A stretch of DNA of 62,935 nucleotides, filler included, from Folioceros fuciformis (GCA_049999805.1; 12 parts of 12 records of this genome joined end to end with filler, not necessarily neighbours in it), one strand, 5' to 3'; shown: positions 36,980-50,497, numbered from the whole stretch's first letter. The notes: a model not told the origin generated them from the letters alone. Program-made: numbers and translations.

Positions 36980-39535
36980 TTGTGTGCCTGGCCATGGGCA
37001 TGTTACTCAACTCTTTCAGATGATTCTGCATCTGCAAGGCTTTGTCCGTGGCTTGAGCCGCTGGCGGTGGTCGCGGTGGTTCCAAGCTTGTTGCAGAGAA
37101 TGCGGCGTCAACGTGCACGGTTGTCGCACCTGCTTGGCTGACGCGGAACAAATGGAGTGCTGTGTCCCGTGTCGCCGTAGCGTCTGGCGCTGAGAAGCTG
37201 GGCGGCTGCACCTCATGCCGGGGGACGCTGTCCATGCGGAAAACCCCTGGAGATGACAGCAGGAAATTGAGCTCCCCGTCTGCTCCATGCTCGCTTTCAT
37301 TAGGCGGCGGGAAGATGGATGTCCTCCGCTGGTGGTGGGCAGGATCATTAGGATCAGCGACGCTCATCAATCGCATGTAGTCCACAGCAGATGCAGCAGC
37401 ATTGCTGGTTCCACCGCTGTTCGGATTTGAGTCCTGAGCAGTCATCTCTCCATACGCTAATTCTTGCCTGCCAGAGTTCTCGATGACGACTCCTGACTCA
37501 GGCGGAGCATAAGGAAAAGGAGCCCTTGCAATGTGACGCATGAATGCAGTCGGAACGTAGAGAGGAGGACTGGCCATGGCGGAGCTCGCCCAAAGATAGT
37601 CGTAGCTGGATCCGTTGCCTGGAACTGATTGGCGCTGCAAGAGTGGATTCAGATCATTGGCAGAAGTGAGAAGTTCTCGCTCCCCACTTCCTGTCGAGTG
37701 AATCTGGTCACGGTGTAATGATCCCTGCGACTGCCCGGGACTTACCATCGGGACCGGTGCCCCGGGCCCGCTCGATAGCCACTGATTGTGGAATTGCAAT
37801 TGGTCGTTACCCGATCCAGTGTCGGGCGTCCATGGGGATCTGGAAATGGTTCGGGAAGCGGAAACGTGAGCAGCTTCTGGTCCTCCCAAGTTCCCTACAC
37901 CTTCCATATGCATGCTGCCCCAGCTTTCAATGCCCTCCATGCCCTGTGGGCCTTCAGCATTTCTGCTCCATTTCCTTGTGCTCATGCCTAGTCCTACGGG
38001 TTGAGTCTGATCCGTCGCTCGACCTAGATCGTTCCAGTTCAAGGAAGCGATACCCTCCATCCTCTGATCAGCCTCGTCTTCATGATCCTGTGCGATAATT
38101 CTAGAGGCAACGTCTCCCCATGGATTCACACTAGAGATCCCTAGTTCTTCCAAATCACATGATTCGTCCCCAGCCTGGTTCCGATCCCAGCTGCCTTGGA
38201 TGGACTGAGCAGCACTGACGGGTGGCGTATGATCTTGCATCTCATGAATTCTAGTCCTAGACCACTGGCCGAGGTCTCTGTCAGAGGGGGTTTGCTCCCA
38301 GCTGCCCCGACCCATGTCACCTGCGCATGCGGAAGAGGCAGTCGTCGTAGTGGCTATAGTGCCCCGGTCTCCAGGATTGAAAGCAGCTGGTCCCAGGCCT
38401 GTTGATCCATTAGAAGCCCGCTGCTGCTGCATGTTAGTCGGACTCTCGGTGCTAGTGCCGGCTGTGCAGCCCAGCTTCTCCCTCAAGGACTCGTAGATAT
38501 CCAGGACATGAGATGCATGGTAGTTCTTGCTGCCGCCTTGATCCGGTTTCCCAGCTCCTTCAACAAGCTGTTGTGAATCGGACTCGTGCACGTAAGAGTG
38601 GCCCGACACCAATCCAGCCTTTAAGCCCTGCACGATCACCAATGGGCACAACCGAAAGCCGTGAGTCTAGCTAGCGACAGACGCTGTGACGGAATCACGC
38701 ACAAGCGCAACCAACTTCTTCAATGCAGTAGTGCGCAGGTCCTGTACCTGTCTCTGGTCCGAGGAGCCAGACGTGGCAGCAGCTAAGCCGGAATACGCTC
38801 TCAACTGCGAGCCCGGAGCCACAACAGTGGGAGGCAAGCTTAAGACGTGCACACTGGCCGCCTGCTGCGCCAGACTCATCGCTGTGGTGGAATGAGTGGT
38901 CTCCCCGCGGTGACGAGGACGGGCAGCAGCAGCACGAAAGAGGGGATCCTGCAATTCAGAGTAACCGCTGGAGACATCGCTCCGTTCTTGCAGGTGCTCT
39001 TCCAGTGCTAGCTCAGAGCTGTCCGAGAGCGCCGTTGCCGTACTCCTGTCATACGGCAGGCCCGACAGGACCTGCTCAGAGCCTGCAAAGCACCGATTAC
39101 GCATTACATGAATTTGCAACGTTTGCCGCAGCCGCGGAGGCTTGGAAGCAGCATCGACTGGACGGCGACAACATTGACAGAAGCAGCCAACGCACCTGAC
39201 GTGGATCCGGAGCCGGCGGAAGCAGCCGCCGCAGCGGAGGGCAGGAGGCCGCCGCTGTCCAGGGTGCCGGCTACGGCAGCGGCCTCCACGGCGCGCTGCA
39301 GCAGCAGGCGCACGGAATTGGACGAGAATCCAGAGCGGGAACCGGCGGTCCTGGCGAAGTTGGTCCTGGTGTTGGCGCCGCGCAGGGTGCGGGCGGCGTC
39401 ATCGTACGCCCGGGCAGCGTCCTCCGGGTTGTTGAAGGTGCCGAGCCACAGCCGGATCTTGTGCGTGGTGTCCTTGATCTCCGCCACCCACCGGCCCGAA
39501 GGCCTCTGCCTCACCCCGACATACCGCTTCCTGGG
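36980..39535 (-). CDS. AP2/ERF transcription factor, ERN/RAP2.11-like, partial at both ends. Exons >39535-39196, 39082-38748, 38627-<36980
   Basis: [28 protein letters not shown]...[21 protein letters not shown]. Two phase-compatible GT-AG introns (113, 120 bp) join three ORFs into more than 770 codons. Confidence 0.85.
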
Positions 39536-42500
39536 NNNNNNNNNNNNNNNNNNNNNNNNNNNNNNNNNNNNNNNNNNNNTTAATTAATTAANNNNNNNNN
39601 NNNNNNNNNNNNNNNNNNNNNNNNNNNNNNNNNNNAGACATTCCCTTCTGGGGGTGGGGGATGAATGAGACATTCCCTTCTGGGGGTGAAGAGATTGCTT
39701 GGAATTGGACTCGGATAGTTATCGGAGTTTGATTCACCGGATTGAACTTGGCGACCGTATTTTTTATTCTTAGTCGCAGAGGCTTGGCCTCTGCAATTTG
39801 GACAATCTGTTGACGTGTCAAATAGCAGTGGAGAGGGTCGTGTGCGAGGCTATTGTGAAAATTCTTGTCCTACACTTTTCTGTCACCGTGCAAGAAACAA
39901 AGATTTTGAGCTCGGATCACCTTCCATATAGTATTATACGCACCGAAAAGTGTTCTTGTTCCCACTCCTGGTCCAATCATCTCTGCGAAGTCCTGGTTGT
40001 TTGTGCTCTGTCCCAGGAACAGACGGCAGCGTTTGCCAATGTGTGCCATTATGCCGTAGTCTACCCATCCCCATGTGCTGTTTCCTACAGCACGTTGAAC
40101 AAGTGGCAACCTCATGTATCCGACCTATTGCCATGTGCCAGGTCCTTCCCGTTGATGAGAAAGAGTCAAGGGCTACAACTGTGATGGCTGGTGTAACGTG
40201 CGTGCGCAGCGAGAAAGATAGTTAGCACATTTCAGAGTAGTGCGATCACTTCTGACAGTTTGTATGTAATTGCCAGCACCGAACAGCTCAGCTGAGTGCG
40301 GTTGAGGGCGGGCCCACGGGCATGTTCTTCTTCTTTGCGCAAGGTGTCTTGCTCTTGCACAGAGTGTTGTCAAGCATCGGCGGCGGGCAACGTCACGGGC
40401 TGCGTTCCACTGGCATACTGGCTCCCCGTCTGCCACGCGAATGCACGAATACGCATACGAAGGAGCATTATTCCGCGTCGGCAGTACCTCTTGGGAACAG
40501 CCATTTTCCTAAGCGAAGGGAGGGCATGTGTTTTTTTCGCGGAAATTGAGCCGTTCCCGATTCTTGCAATTAGACACAGCCCAGAGTGTGGAGACATGTC
40601 AGGGCCAAGCCAAGGCCAGGCATCGTGGTGATGTGGTTATGCTATCCACGTCTGTTCCGCGCACCCTCCCTCCAGTCCCTGGTGGCAAGCGGAGTAAATC
40701 GCCCTTTCGCATCAATATGCCTGGATGGGCCATGAGCGGGATCTCCTTCGCTGGATCTTGGAATTTTTCGGCGTCTGATTTGGAAGCAGAAAGTTGGTGC
40801 ATTTAGCGGCTCAAGATCAATCACGGCCGTATGCCCAGTTCCAAAGGTGAGCAAAGCAATTTCACAGTCCTGTGCATGGGGTTGTCCCGTGTTAGGGATG
40901 GGGTGTAGCGTTCATCACGAGGGTTCACTGATGCATGCATGTTGTTTTTCTGTGTGATTACAGTACACCTGATAAATTTGACGTACGTCAGCTCCTGCCG
41001 GGAAGTGACTCGCTCGGCACGACATTGAAGAGGACAGGGAGGGGGAAGGACAGGTAGGCGGAATTCTGGGCTGAGCAGCACGCAAATTTGGAGGCCTATG
41101 GTCTAATCCAGGGCTGGATTCGAGTGACGGGGTCTTTCTCTCTGTGTGGAACAGGGGTTATTGAGCTGTCTCTCTTACCGTCTTGTAGATGGAAGAACCT
41201 AACAGCAGCCAAGGACACAGTGTCACGTCGAAATTTTTGACGAAGATGAGGACAGGAGGCATAGGTGAGTTCTCACTCCTTGACTGTTTTGTCTTCGTTT
41301 GCAGAATAGGGCAAAAAGCCAATTCCTTGCTGTGGAAGCTGATTATTCAGATGGTTGTGGCCGTCTTTGGCCGATAGTTGTGCCTGCAAATGTTGGAGGT
41401 TGCTATTCAGGTTTCAAGACTGTTGCTATGTAACTTTAATATAAACTTACCAAGTGCAAGGTGGACTTATGGGTCACCGAGGTGATACGTCATCGTCATC
41501 CTTTTGCTTTGTTCAGAGGCAGTGCCAGTTAATGGAACCAAGTTCTCATGGTGTGGGCTTCGGAACTCTCACCATTTCCGTGTGCTGTAGTGGGTTTTGG
41601 ACGAATCCATGACGGTGGAAGCACTGAGGATGAGGAACCATTTCTGAATGCATATGACGAACCCCTTCCTTGTTGCGGGTGTGGGATTGGCTGGTGTTCG
41701 TAAGTTTTTCGTCCACCCACCCACTCAGTTCCCTCGCGTCATTTTCTGTTAGGCGGAGACCTTGTCCAGTGACTTGCTGAGAGTGACGTTGTAGGTTTCT
41801 TGTGGGATTCGTTGTTCCATTGCTGTGGTTCTATGGCACTTACGTGTTCTTCAAGACTCCACGACAATATGACCCACGAGACAGACCTGGACTGGCTGCA
41901 TGTGCTATTGCCGTGAGTTCGCTACCTTGAACCTCTGTGTTACGGGTGGCAAGCTCCGGTATTTTTCTTCTTGGCTCAACTTCGGGCCGAATTTTCATCA
42001 TCGAAGGAAGTAACTTCCGGGTCTGCAGGCTCTGGCGTGCACAGTTGGAGCTTTAATTGCTGGCATCGTCCTTCTGTTGCAACTTGTAGTTTCCCACTGA
42101 AGAGGTGAAGAAAGAGTGCGGCATTTTTCTGACTCATCATAGGTACGCCTGATCTACTGTCATCTGTTTCAGAGAGACGTCGTGACCGTCCCGCAGCTGC
42201 GCTGTGAGTGATGGCAAAGATGTAGTTGAGTGGAAGGGCAGGGCTTCGGTGCGTTTAGGTTGAATAAAGTAGGGCTAGTGCAGGTTTTTCCGTGTCTTAG
42301 CTCAGGTTTAAGCAGAGAAAAAACGCCAAACCTGTAGTACATTGACTGTCATAGAAGTTGCCATGGTCAGATCTGCTTTTGTCCTAGACTGCTGTTGACA
42401 AAAGGTGTCAGCACACAGGTTGCGATACGCTCATCACATATGTGATTTCTGTTGTCCCGGATATACACTAGGACAGGTCTGCATTCCTCCCGGATATACA

Positions 42501-42838
42501 CTAGGATAGGTCTGAGAGGAATTCACGATAGTCACCAACTGCTGTACTTTAACACAGTTCAGTCCAGTGGACGTGACGTTTGACAGACAATCTAGAGTAC
42601 CACAAATACTGGGTCACTGTTTGGTTGTGTATTTGACGTGTTTATTACGACTTTTGTTTCTACTGGTCTGTACTTCCATAGTGAAAGCCGTTGTGAAGCA
42701 GCCTTCAGCTTGCCTGTCGGCATTTTATTCGAAAAAATAGGAGCGGAGTTACCGCTGGTGAGCCGACAAAAGGATCGGTATTTCTCCCATCCCAGCCACG
42801 CATCGCGTCAACCGGACAAGGTGGATCTCAAGCTGTCC

Positions 42839-45191
42839 CTACACAAATACAAGATGCAAGCGCATATCAAATTTGGGTTCCAGCGGTGAGCTTGCTCTCC
42901 TAATCAGCAGCAGTGGTTGCAAGGAAACACTACCTGCTGGTCTGGGCCTTCTTTTCAAGGGAACAATTTTGATCCTCTTGGCCAGTCGCACAAATTCTCT
43001 GCACACGGGACAGACATGTCAGAAGCTGAAAGCTCCATCCAACAACTCCACCAGATAACATCACTTCCGAATGGCCAGCTCGCCGAAAGCATGGCATGTG
43101 CCCCATGGACACTCACCTCCAGGAAGTGTCGCCAGCAAGAAGGGTGTCGCCTTCATCGTCCTCATACGCAATCTGGTAGCCAGGAATAGCAGTGACTGGA
43201 TGGAAGACACTACCAGATGCACCTGTTTCGTCTGGAGGTAAGCTGCTCCCAAACATCGCTCTCAGGTGGGCAGTAAAACTCTCGTAGCTGTCAAAATCGA
43301 GCAAGTTGATCCTTCTGCCAGTGTCCCTACCTTCGAAGACAAGAGGTACCTGCTGGGGCTGACCTTGAGGCGTTAAATCAAAACCAGGCCTATCTAACTG
43401 AAAGCCTGCAACCTCCATGCCTGGACTGCACAACTGGAAGGGGGGCCTCCCGTGGCCTGCATACTGTGAGGGCAGGAAGTCACGAAATCCCGCTGCACCA
43501 CCTGCAGATGCCATCGGCCTCGGCAGAGGTATTTGAGGAACCTGCATCATCCCTGGAGCTGCTGATCCCCCGAGTCCTGGTCTAGCAAATACGCGATCTC
43601 CCGGGTGTGGCCGCTGCGCATGCCCAGACTGCTGCACCACGTCATAGGGAGCAAAGGGAAATCCTAGTCTAGCAGGATCTGCAGGTCGAAAACGAGGCAA
43701 AAATGGTGCAGACGGCCCCCCCGCCAGCTTCTGCATGGTCGCCTCGGCACTGGAGTGGTGCAGGAGTGTAGGATGAACCATGTCCATGTGACCTAATTGA
43801 CGTGGCCCTGGAATGCTCTGTGCCGGCCGGCTTTGATTGACGTGAAACTGATTAAAGAAAGGAGTGGGAGGTGCAGGAGCCTGGGGGTTGTCATGAGGAG
43901 AGGAGCCCATAAACTTGCCGTCGAAACCACCTGGCCCAGGAATCAGTAGTCCTGGCCCTTGCCCTTGCCCTTGCCCTTGCCCTTGCCCTGGACCTGGGCC
44001 TGGGCCTGGGCCTGGACCTGGGCCTGGGCCTGGGCCTGCGCCTGCGCCTGGACCTGGGCCTGGGCCTGGGCCTGGGCCTGGGCCTGGACCTGGGCCTGGC
44101 CCTGCCCCCTGCTCTAGCCCTTCCCCTTCTCCTTCCCCTTGGCCAGGCCCCTGCCCTTGAATTTGCACTGCATGGGCATGTGGAGAGGCATGAGTTGCAG
44201 CCTCCCTCATGGCATGCCGTTGTTGCTGGCCTTCAAAAGGTGATGGATGCCTGAACGGTAAGCTCCTCTGCCCCGTATCAGCAAAGCGAGCGCCCTGTAC
44301 AGCACTATCGGAGGCTGGCGGTTCCCTCCCTTTGGTGTCCTCAGACGGAGAAGGCGCGGTTCGAGGATGAGGAAGAGGATGACTCGGATGATGATCAGCA
44401 CCCGCACGCTCGGAGACCAAGGGCATTGCTGATGGATCCGCCCTTGTGAGGAACAGCAGTTCCGACGCATCCTGTCTAGAAGGTGGCCTGTCGGACCAAT
44501 CGGAGGGAATTCCAGGAAGTCCCAAGCCCGCAGCTGCTCGGTCCTGTCTGGACTCCATGCTACTCAACATGTCTGGGTCATACACAGGTTGCTTGGGGAA
44601 AAATTGGCGCTCCTGCTGAGGCTCCTGAGTTCGCAGCATTCCGCCGTGCTGCATGGAGACATCCTCACGAGCGGGTGTATCCCGAGGGGATGCGTGGCCA
44701 GCAAGTGCAGGAGGCGGAGGTGGCGGCGAAAGCCACCAGGGCTTGGTGTCCCTGACCTGGCTGCTGCTCCCCGTTTCTGCTGCCGAGGGCGATCTTCCCA
44801 GCGAGATGGACGGCGGTGTGTCCACGGAGTGCCTTTTGGAGAGGGGAGTAGGGGCAGAAGCAAAGCTGCTGTCGTCCCGGTCGTCCGACGAGGTCCTGGC
44901 GCGCTTCTTGGGTGGGGCGGACACGACACCACCTTCTCCCTCTTCCGGGACTTGGTGGGAAAGCTCGGAAGCCTGGTGGCCCTCCCCTGCGCCTCCTGAC
45001 ACATTTCTGTCCGCAGAGGCCGGTGATGCTCCTGAAGCAGACGCAGGCTCCGGTGCGGGTTGTGACCTGGATTGGGCCAGAAGAGGTGATGGTGTAGGTG
45101 GTGGGGACTGCTGGTGGGCTGGTTGTGAATCTGAAGCCTGGGCCGCCGTGGCGGCAGTGTGGGAAACGGCAGAATCTTCATGATCCGCCAT
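42839..45191 (-). CDS. Non-canonical Aux/IAA (IAA33-like PB1 domain) with a long disordered N-terminus. Exons 45191-43117 and 42998-~42839
   Basis: QVPLVFEGRDTGRRINLLDFDSYESFTAHLRAMF...AIPGYQIAYEDDEGDTLLAGDTSWR|EFVRLAKRIKIVP; intron 42999-43116. The start codon and the extreme C-terminus are uncertain. Confidence 0.85.
43953..44105. repeat. Coding hexamer microsatellite giving (GP)n/(GQ)n runs
   Basis: (CCTGGG/CCTGGA)n and (CCCTTG)n, in frame. Confidence 0.95.
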
Positions 45192-47981
45192 TACGGTGCA
45201 GCAGGAGGAGACAGTGCCGAGCGAGCTTTCCACACGACAGAAGTTGTTGGATTTCAGAAGAGGCTGAGACAAGCCAAGGCATGAATCCATATCAAGCTGC
45301 AGGAGCATCATGTTGAAGAGTGGAAGCACTCCGCAAACAGCCATCCCCACCGCAATAGCGCATTGCCCACCCGCTTCACCCTGTGCGTACAACGTAATCA
45401 AGTTGTGAGGTGCAGGTCCGGCTCCGGCTCCGGCTCCGGCTTGGGCTCGGGCTCCAGCTGGTCCTCAAAGACGCCCCGCGGAAACCAACATGTCCAGCTT
45501 GAAAGAGGTTGCAAGGGACGATGGATAGATGGGTGGGACGCAGCAGATCCGCAGCAGGCCAAGGCCAAGGCAAAGGAAAGGCTGCAGGTGCAGCTCAAGT
45601 TGCATAGCCGCATCGCCAGCTGTGAATTGCGAAGTACAAACAGACGTAGCGAGGCGAGAAGCGTGTCCGGAACCTTGTGGCCCTGCTGTCCTTGTCCTGT
45701 CTCCCTGCTGTGCGTCCCCTGTCCCCCTGTCCCCTGTTCCCTGCTCCGGATCGGAAGAAAAGGTGGAGTCCACGCCGCTTGTGTGCCCGAGGAAGCAAAG
45801 GGAGAGCCGTCGTGAATTCCCTTTCCTCCTACTTCTGGTCCAGGACCTCCTCCTACTGGAACTGTGCTGTGCTACTGTTAGAGCTACTGTAACAGCTACA
45901 GCTGCGGCTACAGCTACACTGACGCTGAGCCCGTCAAGGTGTCATCCGGAGGCCGGCAGACAATCCGGCGTGGCAGGAAGCAGGGCGGAAACGGAAAGAA
46001 AATAAGTGAGTGCGGTGGTGAGAAAAAGGCGAGGAAGATGAAGACCAACAGCATGGGAGTGCAGCCGGTCCGATAGCGACGCCGGCTCCCGAAGCCCGGG
46101 AGGGAAGCGCTACATTAGAGCCCGGTCAGTCGCACTCGCACTCACTGAGCGTTTGGTGGAAGCATTGGAATTGGCAGACGGCACAGGGGAGCAGAGCAGG
46201 GTGCAGCACAAGACAGTCCTCCCGCTGGGAAGACAGGCAGAATTGATGAGACAGGCAGCAGGCCCATTCGCAAAGAGGCCTAGGCCGCCGGGACTGAGGC
46301 GGGGAGGCAAGGGAGCAAATTCGGAATCCGGGGGCTGGGCTGAGCAATAAAAAAGCGGGCGCAGATCTGAAAGAGAGAGGCGCGGCGCGGGCCGGCGCGG
46401 GGAGGAAGGTGCGAGGTAGAGGCGGGAAGGCGGGTGGCGCCGCACTGGGCAGCAGCTGGTCCCGAGGTTGGAAGAAATTGATGTGCCAGCCGGGTGGCGG
46501 TGGCGGAGCCGCGGCTGGAGGTGGAGCTGGCGCTGCTGGTGTGGAGAGCAGGGCAGGGCAGAGCAGAGCAGAGCGGAGCGGAGCGGCGTGACGAGGGCAG
46601 CAGCGCGGTCGGCAGAGCGAGAGGGAAAGAGGAGCGGCGGCAAGCAGCTGGAGTCCAGCTGCAGGCTACAGCCAGCAGCAGGCTTGAGGGCAGCGCAGGT
46701 GTAGCGGCAGGCAGGCAGCAGCGAGGTGGATGCAAGCAAGGAAGGCGGGCAACGCTGGCGCTAGCGCGAGCGCAAGCGCAAGCCGCAGCCGCAGCCGCAG
46801 CCCCAGTCCGAGCCCGAGCCCAAGCCCGAGAGGAAGGTAAGGAGGGAGGAGAGGAAGGAAGGAAGCAAGCAAGAAAGGAAAGCGAGAAAAAGGAAGGAAA
46901 GAGGGAGGAAAGCAGAGTAAAAGGAAAGCGGGGTGGAGCGGACCGGGCCGGACCGGGCCGGGCCTGGCCCTGGGCCGGGGGCGGGGCCTGGGCCAAGGGC
47001 AGCGTGGTGGGCAGCGCGCCGGGCCCGAGTACTTTGGGCTTGGCTGGCCCCTGGAGTCCCGGACCCAGACCAAGGCCCCTGCAAGGGGGGGNNNNNNNNN
47101 NNNNNNNNNNNNNNNNNNNNNNNNNNNNNNNNNNNTTAATTAATTAANNNNNNNNNNNNNNNNNNNNNNNNNNNNNNNNNNNNNNNNNNNNGCTATTGGT
47201 AGTCATTAAGCTTCAAGGTTAGCTCATCATGTTTTCTCAATTACATAAATCAATTGTGTAAATGATGTTTTAGGTGCTATTGGTAGTCATTAGGCTTCAA
47301 GGTTAAGCCTTAAGTGGTTCTATCATAGTTTATCTCTCAATTCTTAAACCTAAGTACCAAAGCCATTGCTACTTCTTCCAACATCATGAAACATCGCGCC
47401 CGTCTTACCCTAGTCCCCAAAAGAGAGAAATATAAGATATGTAGAGAGATATAATAAGAAAAAAAAAGAATTCCGGGCTCGTAGTATATGTCCCCAGTCC
47501 AACAACGACCTGAAGGCAAAGCACAGGCAGCAGGCAGCCATCCATTCAACAAAGGCCAGGCCCGAAAACAGGTTGGGGAGATGTACGGACTAACGATAAC
47601 GATATATTTTTGTATAGAATACCTGAAGATACGAAGGAAAGAGCGAGTATTTTGACTGGAATGGAGCCAACGTAAAGTAACTGCGGCTGAACGGCGTAGG
47701 TTAGACACACAAGGTGTAGTACGTAGAACGAATCTCGGGGACGGAACTTGTGTCGAGGGGCTTCCGAAGAAGGGGGTTTGCATGTGCCTACACACCTACT
47801 TATACCTGTTTCGGCAACCTTAGTTCCGACACTGCACATTGCTTGGGTTATGAGCCTCGGGCTCAGCCATCGCATTGGTTTGTCCTGTTTTCAGCCTCCG
47901 GCTGTGCGCTTCCGGTGGCCTCCGCTCCGCTGCCGCCGCCTCCTCCTTCCTCTTCCTCCTCCTCCTCCTGTGAGCGGAGCC

Positions 47982-49124
47982 ATGGGGAAGGGAGGCAGTA
48001 TGGTGTTGCAGGAGCAGCAGCAGCACCAAGAGGTGCACAAGGGGCGGGCTCCCTTCAGCAAGCCTCCCTTCACTGTGGGGCAGCTGAAGCGCGCCATCCC
48101 GGCGCACTGCTTCCAGCGGTCGCTGCTCATGTCGGCGTCCTACCTGGTGTTGGATCTGTTGGTGGTAGTGGCTCTGGCGTTGGCGACGTGCTTCATCCCC
48201 GAGTCGGGTCCCCTGGCGTGGGCGGGCTGGTTGGCGTATTGGTGCGTGCAGGGGTGCGTGGCCACGGGGGTGTGGGTGATCGCTCACGAGTGCGGCCACC
48301 AGGCCTTCTGCGAGCACGGGTGGATCAACGACTTGGTGGGATTGGTGTTGCATTCCTGCCTCCTGGTGCCCTACTTTTCTTGGAAGTACAGCCACCGGCG
48401 GCACCACAGCAACACCGGCAGCGTGGAGAGGGACGAGGTGTTTGTTCCCAAGGCCAGGCACCAGCTGGGACCGGCTTCCGCCTGGCTCAACCACCCCGTG
48501 GGCCGTCTCCTGCAGATCGCGGTCATGCTCATCCTGGGCTGGCCCGCCTACCTCGCCTTCAACGTTTCGGGTCGGCCCTATCCCAGGTTCGCCTCCCACT
48601 TCGATCCCAAGGGCCCCATCTTCGGCAGCCGGGAGCAGATGTTCGTGCTGCTCAGCGACGCATCCCTGGCGGCGGTGGCGGCGGGCCTTTACTTCCTTGG
48701 CTCCTCCTTGGGCTTCCTCGCCCTCTTGAAGCTCTACGGCGTGCCCCTCCTCATCGTGAACGCCTTCTTGGTGCTCATCACCTTCTTGCAGCACACGCAC
48801 CCGGCGCTGCCGCACTACGACTCCAGCGAGTGGGACTGGCTGCGCGGCGCCCTGTCCACCGTCGACCGCGACTGGGGCATCCTCAACAAGGTCTTCCATC
48901 ACATCACCGACACGCACGTTGTGCACCATATCTTCTCCACCATGCCGCACTACCACGCGCAGGAGGCAACCCTGGCCGTGAAGCCCATCCTGGGCCAGTA
49001 TTACCAGTTCGACAAGACCCCCGTGCATCGGGCTCTATGGCGGGAATGCACCCAATGTGTGTACGTGGAGAGCGACTCCGGCGAGCACAAGGGTGTCCTC
49101 TGGTACAGGAACAAGCTGCATTAG
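47982..49124 (+). CDS. FAD2: ER omega-6 (delta-12) fatty acid desaturase, 380 aa, no intron in the CDS
   Basis: MGKGG start; His boxes HECGH, HRRHH and HVVHH; C-terminal YRNKLH. Confidence 0.96.
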   Translation: MGKGGSMVLQEQQQHQEVHKGRAPFSKPPFTVGQLKRAIPAHCFQRSLLMSASYLVLDLLVVVALALATCFIPESGPLAWAGWLAYWCVQGCVATGVWVIAHECGHQAFCEHGWINDLVGLVLHSCLLVPYFSWKYSHRRHHSNTGSVERDEVFVPKARHQLGPASAWLNHPVGRLLQIAVMLILGWPAYLAFNVSGRPYPRFASHFDPKGPIFGSREQMFVLLSDASLAAVAAGLYFLGSSLGFLALLKLYGVPLLIVNAFLVLITFLQHTHPALPHYDSSEWDWLRGALSTVDRDWGILNKVFHHITDTHVVHHIFSTMPHYHAQEATLAVKPILGQYYQFDKTPVHRALWRECTQCVYVESDSGEHKGVLWYRNKLH

Positions 49125-50065
49125 ACTCCACTCCCTCCTTCACTTCTTTTTCCCTCCTTCCTTCCTTTCTTGCTGTTCCTTTCCCCTCCACCATTTGAAG
49201 CCTCTGGCTTTTGTTTGTCATCTCCTCCTCCTCCTTCCCCTTAGCACTCTCCTTCCCCTTAGCACTCCCCATTCCCCTGTGCTCCTCCCAAGTCCGAGCG
49301 GACTTCCCCAGGCGGATTCATGCATGACTCGAAGGGTCATGCAAACTTCTCTCCTAATTTGTAGGCGAGACATTTATGATGGAAACATTCCAAGTAGTTC
49401 ACGTCAGTCAGGTCTGTCGCGCTGCGTTTGCTATTACGGCCAGCAGTGACTTGTTGAACTCACAAACAAACATGTAGTCACTCAATTTTGTCTCATAAAA
49501 AATGTACCACAATTGGAGTCCGGTCATAGATGTACAGACGTGAGCTGTAATTCTGATTTGTCCCCATTTGAGGAAAAGCTTGCAAGGCACAAGCGTGTAC
49601 ACTTGATTGGATTGCTGTCTTTGTCGTTTCTGGAAACCTGCTCTTGCGAGAGAGTGAGATCAAAAACGTTTTGTGCTTGTCTGGCCTGAATAGGAAGACG
49701 CCAAGTGTTGGCCGCGTATTTGGGGCTCCCACTCGCTCACAGACGAATGAGAATTAAAGAGAGGAGAGGAGATGCCCCGGCCGGGGGGGCCGGATGCTGA
49801 TTCGCTTCCCATCCCCGCCCACTCTCCCCTCCCCTCCCCTGCCCACTCTACATCTGGAGCCTGCGGAGCCCGAGAATCGGGGGCGCCGCCCCAGGCAATC
49901 CCCAGGCCAAAAGTAAAAAGAGACTGCCGGCGGGCCCCAGGCTCCGGCTGAGAGAGCAACTGTCCGAACATCCCGCGGTCTGATAGCGCCGTGACGGCCG
50001 GAATCTCGTGAAGCATGAAATCTTCCTTCCTTCTCTTCGTCCGGGTGTGCTCGCAAAACACTTTT

Positions 50066-50497
50066 CTACCAAGAGATGGCGGTGTAAAATAGGGCCGCGG
50101 CGCAGGCAATCACCACTGAGCAGAAAGAGGACATGGCCAGGTCCACAGCCATGGACCCGTGGCGTTGGAAGAAGTCGGCTGGGATTGCCACGTAGTCTCG
50201 GGGGGACTTCTCGGTGGGGACGACGAGAAATCGCGAGGGCGGAGGCGGTGCCGCCCATGCGCTGGTGGGAGCTTCCGTCAGAACCAGCGCCTTTTCGAAG
50301 GCGACGTGCAGCGACAAGCCGAACACGGAAAGGAGCACCAGGGCGATGAGGGTGAGGGACAATGCTCTCTTGGGGGACGACTGGTGGAAGAAGGCGTGAG
50401 GGGAGAAGGTGGAGGATAAGAGTTCGCGTAGGTAGTACGCAAGAGACAGGAGCAGAGTTGCGCACAGCTTTGCGGCCAAGGATGGGAAAGATGGCAT
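50066..50497 (-). CDS. Hypothetical small membrane protein (~143 aa, three hydrophobic segments)
   Basis: GC-rich ORF with TM-like stretches (LCATLLLSLAYYL; ALSLTLIALVLLSVFGLSL; FCSVVIACAAALFYTAISW). Start is uncertain. Confidence 0.5.
   Translation of the reverse strand: MPSFPSLAAKLCATLLLSLAYYLRELLSSTFSPHAFFHQSSPKRALSLTLIALVLLSVFGLSLHVAFEKALVLTEAPTSAWAAPPPPSRFLVVPTEKSPRDYVAIPADFFQRHGSMAVDLAMSSFCSVVIACAAALFYTAISW

Noticed and set aside
39636-42800. Scattered short ORFs downstream of the ncIAA gene
   Set aside because: No recognisable domain or consistent exon chain could be built by eye.
44715-44750. KPWWLSPPPPPP as a possible Aux/IAA degron
   Set aside because: Lacks the GWPP(V/I) core and sits in a Pro-rich disordered tract.
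36980-47091. Apparent cluster of symbiosis and hormone regulators (ERN-like, ncIAA) near the NlpC/P60 contig
   Set aside because: They lie on different contigs joined by linkers, so physical linkage is unsupported.
47750-49198. Long overlapping ORFs (482 aa alternative + frame; 402 aa antisense) over FAD2
   Set aside because: Shadow ORFs expected from high GC3 codon usage; no recognisable motifs.
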